64,000 nt of DNA from Candidatus Woesearchaeota archaeon (lineage in GTDB: Archaea > Nanobdellota > Nanobdellia > Woesearchaeales > SKIA01): the NCBI GenBank assembly GCA_043771635.1, contig JAYVHA010000007.1, positions 2,233 through 66,232 of the forward strand, given 5' to 3'. The notes under the pieces were generated by a model. The model searched no databases and had not been told where the DNA came from. It worked only from the letters and a program-made list of their open reading frames with translations. Positions 22,512 to 31,747 of this stretch are shown piece by piece. Position 1 is the first letter of the stretch; each line of letters starts with the position of its first letter. Both the position numbers and the translations under genes were made by a program.

Positions 22512-23210
22512 CTACAATACATACCACAGCATGAGCCAGAAATGGCAGAAGCTGCCTGCAATAACGAATAAATGCCAAACATCGTGCATGCCGAACCAGC
22601 GCGGATGCCAGCGAATATGATCAAAGCCGAATACAACTGCGCCCACCGTGTAGCAAAGGCCACCTGCAAGTAGCCATAGAAACCCGCCAAGCGAAAGCTG
22701 CTCGCGTAGCGGAATAAAAGCTATTATGACAAGCCAACCCATTAGCACATAGAGCACTGTTGAGACTACCGGGTGATGCGTGCGCCATACAGACTTCCAG
22801 ACAATCCCACTGATTGCAAGCGCCCAAATAATACTGAAAAGAGTCCAACCCCAAGCGCCACGTAGCGTAATAAGACAAATGGGCGTGTACGTTCCGGCAA
22901 TAAGTACATAGATCATGGCGTGGTCGACCTTGCGCATTATTCGTTTTGCGTTTGCAGTAACGGGCAGGAAATGGTAGATCGTGCTCGCCAAATACAGTAA
23001 CACGCAGCTCACCCCGAAAACTGTAAACCCGACAACATGCCACACCGTGCCTTCAAGCACGGCAAAGATCACCAATAGTATAAGTCCTGCAAGCGCGAGC
23101 AGAAAGCCAATAAAATGCGTCAGCGCACTCATTGGTTCATTCTCATCGTACACCATAGCACAATTTACACGCACAAGTTCATTACTTTTGTGGCCGAGCG
23201 GCGGCGACAC
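22512..23210 (-). CDS. hemolysin III / PAQR-family 7-TM channel protein
   Basis: 7 predicted TM helices with His-rich conserved positions (HFIGFLL.., ..DHAMIYVLIAGTYTP.., ..HDVWHLFV). Confidence 0.7.
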   Translation of the reverse strand: MSPPLGHKSNELVRVNCAMVYDENEPMSALTHFIGFLLALAGLILLVIFAVLEGTVWHVVGFTVFGVSCVLLYLASTIYHFLPVTANAKRIMRKVDHAMIYVLIAGTYTPICLITLRGAWGWTLFSIIWALAISGIVWKSVWRTHHPVVSTVLYVLMGWLVIIAFIPLREQLSLGGFLWLLAGGLCYTVGAVVFGFDHIRWHPRWFGMHDVWHLFVIAGSFCHFWLMLWYVL

Positions 23211-23294
23211 TTACGCACGCCTACGAAGCGCAAGTAATTCACAGAGGATTGAAGTTGAATACTTTACGATTATCTGGTTGAGAACAAGTAAACA

Positions 23295-23846
23295 CTAAGC
23301 CGCGTTCCGTCGCTTCTTGTGCGACTCAACGTAAACCGCCGTTAAGTACGCAACAGCGAGCGCAAGACCGTACAAGAACAAGTATAGAAGCGCCGAGTAA
23401 TCAATCGTCTTTGTCAGGGAAAGTACAACAATCGCGAACCAGGTGACCACTGATACGCTGCCGGCAAGCGCAGCTCTCTTCATTAATGCTGGAGGGTAAA
23501 CGCCTGTGAGTACGCTTCGCTTAACTTTTGGCCAAAGTATGCGATGAAGAATATAGCCATTAATAGTCACTATAACGACTAGCGCGAGCTTAAGTTGGAA
23601 TAAACTATTACTCATGATAGAGGGTTTTGCCCATATAAGCAGCGCGCCCGTTACATAAATTATTGCTAAGCAGAGAATTATCAATTTGGATAGTACGGGA
23701 TACAAAAACAAGGATTGTTTCTCGAACCTAGCGCTGCGTAAACCAAGAATATGTATGTAGTCAGTGACAGTTACAGACCCGACCGCAATCATTACAGCTA
23801 GGATATGTATAACTAAAACTTTAGTTATTAGAAGCTCTAGCACCAC
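23295..23846 (-). CDS. hypothetical polytopic membrane protein
   Basis: Hydrophobic ORF with 4-5 TM segments. Confidence 0.4.
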   Translation of the reverse strand: MVLELLITKVLVIHILAVMIAVGSVTVTDYIHILGLRSARFEKQSLFLYPVLSKLIILCLAIIYVTGALLIWAKPSIMSNSLFQLKLALVVIVTINGYILHRILWPKVKRSVLTGVYPPALMKRAALAGSVSVVTWFAIVVLSLTKTIDYSALLYLFLYGLALAVAYLTAVYVESHKKRRNAA

Positions 23847-23879
23847 TCTACGCAGAACGGTCTGTTTATAATATTTAAC

Positions 23880-23932
23880 CTGACGGATTAACTGCTCCAG
23901 CCGACGTATCGATCTGGCAGGTCACGAATCTT
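23880..23932 (+). repeat. dispersed repeat, 5'-block-only copy A
   Basis: ctgacggattaactgctccagccgac...ctggcaggtcacgaatct. Confidence 0.55.
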
Positions 23933-24000
23933 TTGTTTGAGGTCTGTTTCTTGTGGTTCGCCGCAGCGTTAGTCCGGGAGCGTAAACCGATCAAGGACAG

Positions 24001-24495
24001 CTAGATTTCTACGGCAACTTCGTTTCTGCGAAGAAACGGCAACGTCCACGGAGCGTTGTAGCCGAGGACAAACGGCGCTCCCTTCACCCGTATTTTTTCA
24101 GCCGCGAGTATCGCGAGAAGGCGAGCTATCTGCTCGTCTGTTTTCTGTTCAGAAGTAAATCCTGAGAAACGAAGAGCGGCTATGGTGCGCGCAGGAACGG
24201 ATTCAAGTTTCACTGCAGCGGAAATAGGCGCGGGCAACGACTGTTTAGAGTACTCTTCCGGCATAATAAACGCCATAGTGAATGTTTTTATCTTATGACT
24301 CATAACTACAGGAGCCGTCATCGCTATCTGCTTCTTCTCTTTGTTGCCGCCGAAAATATACGAGGCCACCTGCCGAAACGCCAGATTACGATCATCCAGC
24401 GGAAGTTCGGTCTTTGCCATTACGCACGCAGTATATGCGCGCACCTCTACTTCACCAAGCGTTCGTAGAAGGGTGTATTTCGCCTGTTCAACCAC
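24001..24495 (-). CDS. SOUL/HBP heme-binding family protein
   Basis: YTLLRTLGEVEVRAY..IAMTAPVV pattern typical of SOUL domain. 164 aa. Confidence 0.6.
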   Translation of the reverse strand: MVEQAKYTLLRTLGEVEVRAYTACVMAKTELPLDDRNLAFRQVASYIFGGNKEKKQIAMTAPVVMSHKIKTFTMAFIMPEEYSKQSLPAPISAAVKLESVPARTIAALRFSGFTSEQKTDEQIARLLAILAAEKIRVKGAPFVLGYNAPWTLPFLRRNEVAVEI

Positions 24496-24603
24496 ATGAG
24501 AAAAAAGGGACTACTCCGTATAAAGATGCTGAATCATACAGTCATTACTGCAGAGCAAAAGAAGCGATACTAAATCCCCATTCAATAGGGAAAAGACTTG
24601 ATA

Positions 24604-24850
24604 GGTTAACTGCTCCGGCCGGACACAAATACTTCTTGTCCCGAGCAGGGATGTGATGATAAAAAATAGAAAAACTAGTGGTTAACACAATTTTATGAAT
24701 GCTTTTCACCATAAGAAGTCAACCTCAAGCAGACTTCACGGAAAAATACGCTGGCTCAGATTAAAGTTCTGAATCGGCGAGAAAACCGTACAACATCGAC
24801 AAAGACTGACCTGAAGCAGAGTTTATATATTTCTAGACAGTTCTCAACAC
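24604..24850 (+). repeat. dispersed repeat, diverged copy D ending in TATA for gene 24851
   Basis: ggttaactgctccggccggac ... gatgtgatgataaaaaatagaaaaactagtggttaacaca ... gagtttatatatttc. Confidence 0.45.
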
Positions 24851-25954
24851 ATGAACTTACCGACAACCATGCTTAAAACTTACTTGCATGATTCGGGGTG
24901 GCGCACGCATACGTGCAACTCATGTGGAACCGAGGCACTAAAAAAAACAACGGAAGTATGTCTCAATGCCACCTGTCCGCAAGCCGGCTTTATTCCGAGA
25001 ACGACATTCATGAGTCTTGCCGAAGCAGCCGGTAAATTCGACGGCATCCTCGAACATTCACACACAAAACTTTCCCCTGCACCAATCGTTCACCCCACAT
25101 ACTCCTCTCTCTTTGCCAGTGCAGGCGTCAATGCAGTACACGAGACGATTTTTTCGGAAACTGCCGATGAGTATCGTCGAGTATATGTTATACAGCCAGT
25201 TATTCGAACACAGTTCTTTGACGCAGTCTCGTCCAAAGGTTCATCTACATCCTTTGTCAACCCAAGCTTCATGCAACTAACGGCTTCTCCTGACGACCAC
25301 ATATATGGAATTGAACGACTTTTCGACTGTCTCTCTGGTCTTGGCATCTATGTAGGCAATATGGCCCTTTCACTCAGCGAACGAACTTCTCAGTGGGGAA
25401 TAAGTCCTCACCGAAAATTACAGCTCGATGTACACTACCGAGGGTTACAAATTGCTGACGCAATATATACTTCGGAATTTCCTCAAAGCACACGAGATTC
25501 GCTGTCAATGTCAGATATAGGTATCGGTTTGGAACGTGCAGTGTGGCTCGTGAACGGTTCACCATCTTACTTCGATGCAATAGGTCCTCACGCGCACGCC
25601 CTGACACACGCACCTGAATTGCTTGATGGCGTCCGCACTATGACCCTCATGGCATTAGGAGGTGTAACGCCTGGTCGGACGAACCAAGGATACCAATTCA
25701 GAAGACTCGCGAAGCGAACAGCCTCATTACTAACGGTTCCCGACGTGCGTAAGCTTGCGGAGCACTACTCACGACAGTGGCAAACCTATGGCCCTTCAAC
25801 AGTTAGCGACGCAGATGCAATCGCGACTGTCGAGTCCGAGGTAGATAAACAGTTCGCAAACGCGCTCGCAGCAGAAACCGGGTTCACAAAGCAAACGCCG
25901 GATGAAAACACTGAAACGTTCCTGCAACGTTTGCTCCTCCGAGGGTCCACATGA
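24851..25954 (+). CDS. hypothetical protein with class-II aaRS (AlaRS-like) catalytic-core resemblance
   Basis: FASAGVN (cf AlaRS FTNAGMN), IQPVIRTQFFD, DIGIGLERAVWLV (cf AlaRS DTGMGLERL). No tRNA-binding or editing domain. Leaderless start 26 nt after tttatata. Confidence 0.4.
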   Translation: MNLPTTMLKTYLHDSGWRTHTCNSCGTEALKKTTEVCLNATCPQAGFIPRTTFMSLAEAAGKFDGILEHSHTKLSPAPIVHPTYSSLFASAGVNAVHETIFSETADEYRRVYVIQPVIRTQFFDAVSSKGSSTSFVNPSFMQLTASPDDHIYGIERLFDCLSGLGIYVGNMALSLSERTSQWGISPHRKLQLDVHYRGLQIADAIYTSEFPQSTRDSLSMSDIGIGLERAVWLVNGSPSYFDAIGPHAHALTHAPELLDGVRTMTLMALGGVTPGRTNQGYQFRRLAKRTASLLTVPDVRKLAEHYSRQWQTYGPSTVSDADAIATVESEVDKQFANALAAETGFTKQTPDENTETFLQRLLLRGST

Positions 25955-26670
25955 GGGGTTCCTCATCTGGGTCGATTTTTCTTGCAGGCGGCGGCGATGA
26001 ACTCCAGTCACGTGCAGTGGACGAACTGTTCCTCTCCGCACTTCCTCATAAGCGGGTCGCGTACCTTCCTATAGCGCTCGATTCAAAAAAACACCCATAC
26101 GATGACTGTTTGCGCTGGCTATCCGGCGCATTTGAAGCTATTGGACCTGTTTCCATTACGCTTTGGCCATCTCTTACAGGCAAGACGCTCGCCGACCTCG
26201 AGCCATTCGATGCTCTCTATGTGGGCGGAGGAAACACGTACGCGCTTCGCCAAGCGCTACGCGAGGCGAATTTCGACCAAGTCATACAAGAATTCATTCA
26301 GCGCGGCAAGACAGTCTATGGCGGGAGCGCAGGCGCCATTGTTTTAGGGAACTCTATAACCCCGGCCAGCGTCGGCATAGAGGCCGATATCAACACAGTC
26401 GGACTAGCCAACCTGTCCGGGCTGCAGCTACTCGGGCGGTGGAGCGTCCACTGCCACTACCATTCTGTCGATGACGACGAACTGATTCGATTGAGCGAAC
26501 GCGGCCCAATTATGGCGATTCCCGAACATGCAGGCGTCCACATGCACGCAGGCACGTTTTTCGTAATCGGCAGCTCTATCGCGGTATTCGTTACCGGTAC
26601 GAAGTCCTTCCATAAACCGGGCACTCAGATCAGCATAACCGCAGGCGATCTTCGAGGAAATCAATCGTAA
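25951..26670 (+). CDS. peptidase S51 family (dipeptidase E / cyanophycinase-like)
   Basis: LYVGGGNTYAL and VYGGSAGAIVLG (GxSAG nucleophile elbow). Confidence 0.65.
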   Translation: MRGSSSGSIFLAGGGDELQSRAVDELFLSALPHKRVAYLPIALDSKKHPYDDCLRWLSGAFEAIGPVSITLWPSLTGKTLADLEPFDALYVGGGNTYALRQALREANFDQVIQEFIQRGKTVYGGSAGAIVLGNSITPASVGIEADINTVGLANLSGLQLLGRWSVHCHYHSVDDDELIRLSERGPIMAIPEHAGVHMHAGTFFVIGSSIAVFVTGTKSFHKPGTQISITAGDLRGNQS

Positions 26671-27955
26671 TAGATGGAATATTAGAAAGTTCCTCAAGCG
26701 CTATGCGTCGAAGCTCATCCAATCCAGGATTTTTGCCTACAGTGTTGATGATTACCTGCCACGGCTGCGTAAGTGGCTGGCCAGTCTGGCTCGAAAGGAA
26801 CACTTCAACTGAAGTGCCGAGCTCAGCGAAAATACGCTGCGCTATTCGTTGCGCGGCGACGCTGTAGAGCATGCCGATATGATACACAGGATTCTTCCCA
26901 CAAGCACCCTCCATACTATAGGGACGGTTCATATCAATGACACCATTCACCCTATTTCCCCTGCCTACGAAGCCTTCGTCACCCATCTCGATGGACGAAC
27001 CGGTCAGCGTTAGATAAAGTTCAAGCATATCATAGTTGTCGCGCATATTCAGCGATACTTCCGTGCGCAATTCAGGATGTGCAGCGTTTGCAATGCGGAG
27101 GATTTCCACACGAGCAGTTTCTAGGTTTATCTTGTACTGCTGCACATCAAGTACATTCAGACATAGTTGTGGAATGCACGCAGTAATGTGGAGTTCCGTC
27201 CCACAGCGAACGCCTGTGAGCTTGATGTCTGTTCCTATCCAAGGATGCTGCTCACGAAAGTCAGACCCAGTCATATGCGTCTCGATCGTGAGAAGCAAGC
27301 TCGCCGTATTCGTAAGCGGAGCATAACCTGCTCCTGTCGACGTGTCGTTCGCGAACAGCGATCGCAAATATGGCAAATCCGCTTCGTCACGTGGGGCGAA
27401 CCAGTGCGAGCGCGTCGAAGGTGCATCAGCGACATGCACCTGGCCAGGACTACTCCCCGTTTGTACCTCATAGAGGATTATAATATCCCTATCTGCGTCA
27501 ACGTTCGGAAGACGCTGCACTAGGAACGCTCGCGCAGCTCCTTCAAGGAGCTGCCGGACCGGAATTAACCTATCTCCAAACGATACGGACGCTCGGCCGT
27601 TGATAAGAACGCGAATTGGTGCACGCATGATTCCTTTGCCGAATGAGACGAACGCCTTACCGCCCATCAAGCCAACCTTATCGAAGTTGTGATGTAAGAT
27701 GAAACCAAAGTTCTCTATACAGTATGTAGAATATACCCTGGACAGATGCATGGCAAGCATATCAGCTAGCGTGTCAGGATGTCCTACACCTTTTCGTTCA
27801 GCGACCTCGACATTCTCATAGGCATTTCGATGCGAGAACTGGAAAGTAATCTTTTCAGGATTATTTGCATGTAACGAAATGCGATCAGAGAATGATTTGA
27901 GATGATTCATATTTGAAATTAACGCGACCTCTATTTTATGCTTTGCGTTTAACAA
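26630..27955 (-). CDS. mat: S-adenosylmethionine synthetase, archaeal type
   Basis: VEVAERKGVGHPDTLADMLAMHLSRVY..FGFILHHNFDKVGLMGGKAFVSFGKG..LINGRAS and MGDEGFVGRGNRVNG..GKNPVYHIGMLY match archaeal MAT. Confidence 0.85.
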   Translation of the reverse strand: MLNAKHKIEVALISNMNHLKSFSDRISLHANNPEKITFQFSHRNAYENVEVAERKGVGHPDTLADMLAMHLSRVYSTYCIENFGFILHHNFDKVGLMGGKAFVSFGKGIMRAPIRVLINGRASVSFGDRLIPVRQLLEGAARAFLVQRLPNVDADRDIIILYEVQTGSSPGQVHVADAPSTRSHWFAPRDEADLPYLRSLFANDTSTGAGYAPLTNTASLLLTIETHMTGSDFREQHPWIGTDIKLTGVRCGTELHITACIPQLCLNVLDVQQYKINLETARVEILRIANAAHPELRTEVSLNMRDNYDMLELYLTLTGSSIEMGDEGFVGRGNRVNGVIDMNRPYSMEGACGKNPVYHIGMLYSVAAQRIAQRIFAELGTSVEVFLSSQTGQPLTQPWQVIINTVGKNPGLDELRRIALEELSNIPSITIDFLEDRLRLC

Positions 27956-28095
27956 TTCGGAAAATTTTCGGAAAATTCTGACACAGTAAACAGAGTTTTA
28001 CTTGAGATATATCACTGTAACACACATTTTTAAGATGGTGTTCTATAGTGGATAAAGCTGTTGAAAAGAATCCTTTGCTGGGACAAAAAGTATTA

Positions 28096-28379
28096 CTGAT
28101 CCAGCCGACCGCCCGACCTGACAGGTCTCAAGTCTCAGTCTTTCGGGATATTTTTGGCAGTTGTAGGTTCGCCGTAGGCGGCACTTTCGGACGGAAGAAC
28201 AAAGCGTCAAATTCCTCACCTGTTTTTCTCAGAGCGGCCATCCCTCGAGCAAAAGTTGAGATGATATAATAGAGGAACTCCGAGTCTGTAATACAAACCC
28301 GAAAAAACACATGAAAAAACGTTATACAAATATGAGCCTCGTATAAGATTTATAAGCACCTACAGCGCAACCAAATGAG
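28096..28379 (+). repeat. dispersed intergenic repeat, copy C (conserved 5' block, variable middle, conserved 3' block with bidirectional promoters)
   Basis: 5' ctgatccagccgaccgcccgacctgacaggtctcaagtctc. 3' gagatgatataatagaggaactccgagtctgtaatacaa...gatttataag. Aligns to 38834-39116. Confidence 0.7.
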
Positions 28380-28670
28380 ATGGTTGAATTTCCTATCTTT
28401 AAAGTGGACTTCAGCAATCTTGCAAAGTTGTTTCGTCGTGGAAAAATCGACGTGGTATACAACAAGATGTACTCAACTGCATGCGAGTTGGCAGTCTTTG
28501 AAACCCGAAAATTTGCTTCCAGTTTTAAGGAGCCCAATCATACTAACGTTAGAAGCGCGATGGAAGCCCACTTCGACAAAGTATCCAAGTATCAACAGCG
28601 CCGAATTGCTCACCATATGAATGAAATGAAGGATCTGCTAAGAATGCATCTCGAACTTGAAAAAAAGTGA
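28380..28670 (+). CDS. small hypothetical protein (96 aa), leaderless
   Basis: Charged helical ORF starting ~26 nt after TATA 'gatttataa' (28346) at the 3' end of a dispersed repeat copy. Confidence 0.3.
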   Translation: MVEFPIFKVDFSNLAKLFRRGKIDVVYNKMYSTACELAVFETRKFASSFKEPNHTNVRSAMEAHFDKVSKYQQRRIAHHMNEMKDLLRMHLELEKK

Positions 28671-28684
28671 ATAGCCGCAGGGCG

Positions 28685-29464
28685 CTACTGCTTGTTAGCA
28701 ATTCTTTGCGCATGCATTTCTATAAGAATGTCTAGAAGGCTCGCGAAGAACTCAAATGATTTATCGATTAGACCTTGCGTAAACTGTTCTATTTCAACTT
28801 CGGAATCCGAATATCCTAATGCATCTTTCAAAGAATGAGGAACGCTGACAATAATTCGCTCAAAATATTCCGCTACCCCCAGCTGATTTCGATTCATGCG
28901 AAGTTCCATGCTAACGCGCGCTGTTTGAGAGTGATGGTGAAAGACCTTTCCTCGAAAGTCCTTTATCTTTCCAATCCAATCCCAGTTAGCGATAATGATT
29001 TGTGCCACTTTCGACTCTATTGTGTGTTCGTGACTCAATTGCTTTTTCGCGGCCTTAAGGCTCATATCTGAGCTTACCGTCGATTGAAAAACACTTATTA
29101 TTTTAGGCAGATTTTCGAAGGCACTCAGTAGATGGTGAATAGCGTCCTCCAATAGACAAGTAAACTGAAAACGAACTTTTCTTTCAAAAGCCAGCGCCCG
29201 CTGAGTATTACGGGGCACCATAAGAAGCTCATGATTATTGTGCAGTTCTTCTGCTATTATACGCTCAATTTCTCGTTTGGTTTTACGAATCAAGTCAATG
29301 TGGAATACAGTAGCTGCGCATTTATGTCTAAACGTATCTCTAAAGGCCACAATTTGACGGACAGCACGGTCCTGATCAATATCAACACCTATGCTCCAGC
29401 CGCTGATGAGAGATTGGACTTTTGCGATAAGCTCTTCCACCTGCATGCATATGTGAAACAGCAT
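28685..29464 (-). CDS. hypothetical protein (259 aa)
   Basis: Long ORF, no recognisable motif. Confidence 0.4.
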   Translation of the reverse strand: MLFHICMQVEELIAKVQSLISGWSIGVDIDQDRAVRQIVAFRDTFRHKCAATVFHIDLIRKTKREIERIIAEELHNNHELLMVPRNTQRALAFERKVRFQFTCLLEDAIHHLLSAFENLPKIISVFQSTVSSDMSLKAAKKQLSHEHTIESKVAQIIIANWDWIGKIKDFRGKVFHHHSQTARVSMELRMNRNQLGVAEYFERIIVSVPHSLKDALGYSDSEVEIEQFTQGLIDKSFEFFASLLDILIEMHAQRIANKQ

Positions 29465-29541
29465 GCACTTAAATGACTTGAGCTGACGCTAGCCAGACAT
29501 ATAGACGTTGAATTCATAAAGAAGGAGCGACACACTCATTC

Positions 29542-30144
29542 ATGTCCCAGCAGAAAGACGTTGGCCTGCTAAAGAGCATCTCTAAGACCATTCTCAGCCT
29601 AATTCTTGCAGTAGGAATCTTGCTGCTGGGCGCGATCCTAATTGCAGGTGCAGCGTACGGCATGATCTCGGTATTCGCGGCTCCTGAAACGTTGTCAGCA
29701 GCAGACACTACTATAATCGGCTTCATCATATTTGCACTAACGTTGGCAGGTCTAAGCTACGGGGCTGGCTCTAGTCAAGCCCAGGAGCTTAAGCAAGAGT
29801 ACGTTGCCAGAGGAGGCTCCTTTAGCATCGATGCAATTCTTCTGTTTGCAGCATATGCCATATTCCGGGCCGCTCCATTGGCGCAACATGATGTGCTAAC
29901 TCCTTGGATGGGCACGGTATTTCTATGGATGGGACTTTCAGGCGTAATTATCTTCCTGTTTAAATTTCCCCTTGGCTTACTGCAGTTTGTTCTACTGCAG
30001 GCTGGCCTGCAAAAGATGACTTACGAGTGGTTCACGTCGCTTGCCAAGTCCCTTCGAAGTGAACGTGGGATTGTAGCGTATGCAATCTTGCTCTTGCTAG
30101 CTCTAATTATAGGATTGCTGCTTCAGCATTTCATTCCCAAATGA
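29542..30144 (+). CDS. hypothetical membrane protein (200 aa, ~5 TM)
   Basis: Hydrophobic segments throughout. Confidence 0.45.
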   Translation: MSQQKDVGLLKSISKTILSLILAVGILLLGAILIAGAAYGMISVFAAPETLSAADTTIIGFIIFALTLAGLSYGAGSSQAQELKQEYVARGGSFSIDAILLFAAYAIFRAAPLAQHDVLTPWMGTVFLWMGLSGVIIFLFKFPLGLLQFVLLQAGLQKMTYEWFTSLAKSLRSERGIVAYAILLLLALIIGLLLQHFIPK

Positions 30145-30620
30145 GAGAATGCGGGATAGGTTTCCAATACGGATGGGAGAACTCATGGAACGTCTATAAT
30201 TTTACAACTATATCGGGCGCGCCAGAATTCAAAGGAGAAGTTTCTGTAGAATCGGGCGGCGTTCTCCTCCCGACAAATGACGGCGGTAACAGGCTTGGAA
30301 GCGTTATGACGTACATTGGAGCAAGCGGCCTAGCAGGAAGCACATTAATGGTGCAGGCTCGAACAGGAGGCTTTACAAAAAACGGAAGTCCTGTGATTGA
30401 TGTGGAAGCAGTCTTGCGCCTCAACGGCACCAACGTTAAGGACGTTATGCGCCAACAACTACCATTTCACCAACTTACCGACGTTGAGAAATTGAAACAG
30501 CATGGCTTTCGAGTCGCGACGTTTATTGATGGCGAAGTTGTTCCAGGCACTGTCAAAGAATACACACCGGAAACCATTCAAGCGGCGTACACTGAATCAA
30601 TTAAGTGGGTGACTTTTTAG
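30141..30620 (+). CDS. hypothetical protein (159 aa)
   Basis: ATGA overlap with the upstream gene suggests co-translation. Confidence 0.4.
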   Translation: MRECGIGFQYGWENSWNVYNFTTISGAPEFKGEVSVESGGVLLPTNDGGNRLGSVMTYIGASGLAGSTLMVQARTGGFTKNGSPVIDVEAVLRLNGTNVKDVMRQQLPFHQLTDVEKLKQHGFRVATFIDGEVVPGTVKEYTPETIQAAYTESIKWVTF

Positions 30621-30924
30621 CACAAGCTTGCCTTAACGCTTGTTCAGCATAGATGTCCATCTCGACAAGTTTCTGCTGCTCGGCTGGCGACAGTAGTTCC
30701 CAGCTGTGCAGGAGGATTTCTTTGAATTTGTCTACGTCTAGTGTTACAGTGCGTTGTATCATAACTTGTCTTTGATCGTTGACAGTTTTATGTCTTGTCG
30801 TCGGAGACAATGCTCCGCCCGAGCAGTATACCCGGCCACTTAATGTTTCGGGTTTAGATCGCAAGCTGTTCCAGATTTTATCAATTGCAATGCTTTGGGG
30901 AAAGTATATACTTTGGACTTCCAC
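30601..30924 (-). CDS. small hypothetical protein; source gene of the dispersed repeat family (fragments elsewhere)
   Basis: Peptide ..KPETLSGRVYCSGGAL.. and ..KFKEILLHSWELLSPAEQQKLVE... Nucleotide-level relatives at 28096-28136, 38834-39013 (encodes MNEPTITLSVSKFKAILIHSWDLLSPQEQQKLV), 23880, 24604 and 31591. The 5' portion overlaps the 30840-31484 ORF. Confidence 0.35.
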   Translation of the reverse strand: MEVQSIYFPQSIAIDKIWNSLRSKPETLSGRVYCSGGALSPTTRHKTVNDQRQVMIQRTVTLDVDKFKEILLHSWELLSPAEQQKLVEMDIYAEQALRQACAKKSPT

Positions 30925-31484
30925 TTCGAGTCGTTTGCGCTGTAAACTTCGGCGAAATTTGCCTTAAACGAATTGCGAAGCTTTTTCCAAAAAGTAGAAG
31001 TTGATTTATTAGGAACCAGACCAATAGCGCTGTAACGATTTCCAATCCAGCCAACGCCAGACATGCCGATCGATTTCTTGTTTCCCGTATGAATCGTTAG
31101 TAGAAAAACTCCTGGCCAGCCGGCGCCAAAGTACGGAACATAACTGTTTGCTCCGGTTCTCAACTCAGTCCAGCCTCTAAACGGGTCTTCTATCCAGGAC
31201 TGTTTGCCATCCAATTGCAAAAGCGGTAGAGCGCCACTTGGAATGTGCCACAGGTAAAAGACACTACTAGACTTTAGTTCAAATTTACCACTTGCAATCC
31301 ACTGGTGCGGACCATTTGGTAGGATGGCAGCAAGTTCGCCTGACGAGCTAAGCAAGCCGCCAAGAGCTGCTAAATCATCTTCAGTCAAGCAAAGATCAAT
31401 CTGAGGCACTTCGTCATATGCGAAAGGCACTATAAAAAATATTCCAGGCACAAAATACGCCGAGCATGGTACCCGAGCGTCCAA
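30840..31484 (-). CDS. hypothetical protein (214 aa)
   Basis: Long ORF. Start context next to repeat copy E. Confidence 0.35.
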   Translation of the reverse strand: MDARVPCSAYFVPGIFFIVPFAYDEVPQIDLCLTEDDLAALGGLLSSSGELAAILPNGPHQWIASGKFELKSSSVFYLWHIPSGALPLLQLDGKQSWIEDPFRGWTELRTGANSYVPYFGAGWPGVFLLTIHTGNKKSIGMSGVGWIGNRYSAIGLVPNKSTSTFWKKLRNSFKANFAEVYSANDSKWKSKVYTFPKALQLIKSGTACDLNPKH

Positions 31485-31590
31485 AGTCCCACCACTAGTT
31501 TCGGAAGAACGAGCCTAGATACCGAAGACCATCCGGACCAAACGGACCACTTCCGACCAAACTGGAAGATTTCCGGTAAAACGAGAAAAA

Positions 31591-31747
31591 TCTGAGAATG
31601 TATTACAACTGCTCCAGCCGGTCCCCAGGGCAAACAGGTCCTGAACCGGACGTATAAAACCCTCCTAAGCACTTCTGGGCTTTTAAAGCCGAAAATCCTT
31701 CGAATTTTCGCAGCGGGTTTAATAAGGTCGAAACGGCTCCACCCCCC
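31591..31747 (+). repeat. dispersed repeat copy E upstream of the biosynthetic operon
   Basis: tctgagaatgtattacaactgctccagccggtcc ... caggtcctgaa ... gggtttaataagg (TATA ~32 nt before ATG 31748). Confidence 0.45.

Noticed and set aside
28096-28120. Similarity of the repeat 5' block (gatccagccg) to the 16S 3' end (GGTGATCCAGCCGCAGG)
   Set aside because: Only a 10-nt coincidence; the rest of the repeat aligns to the 30601-30924 gene family instead.
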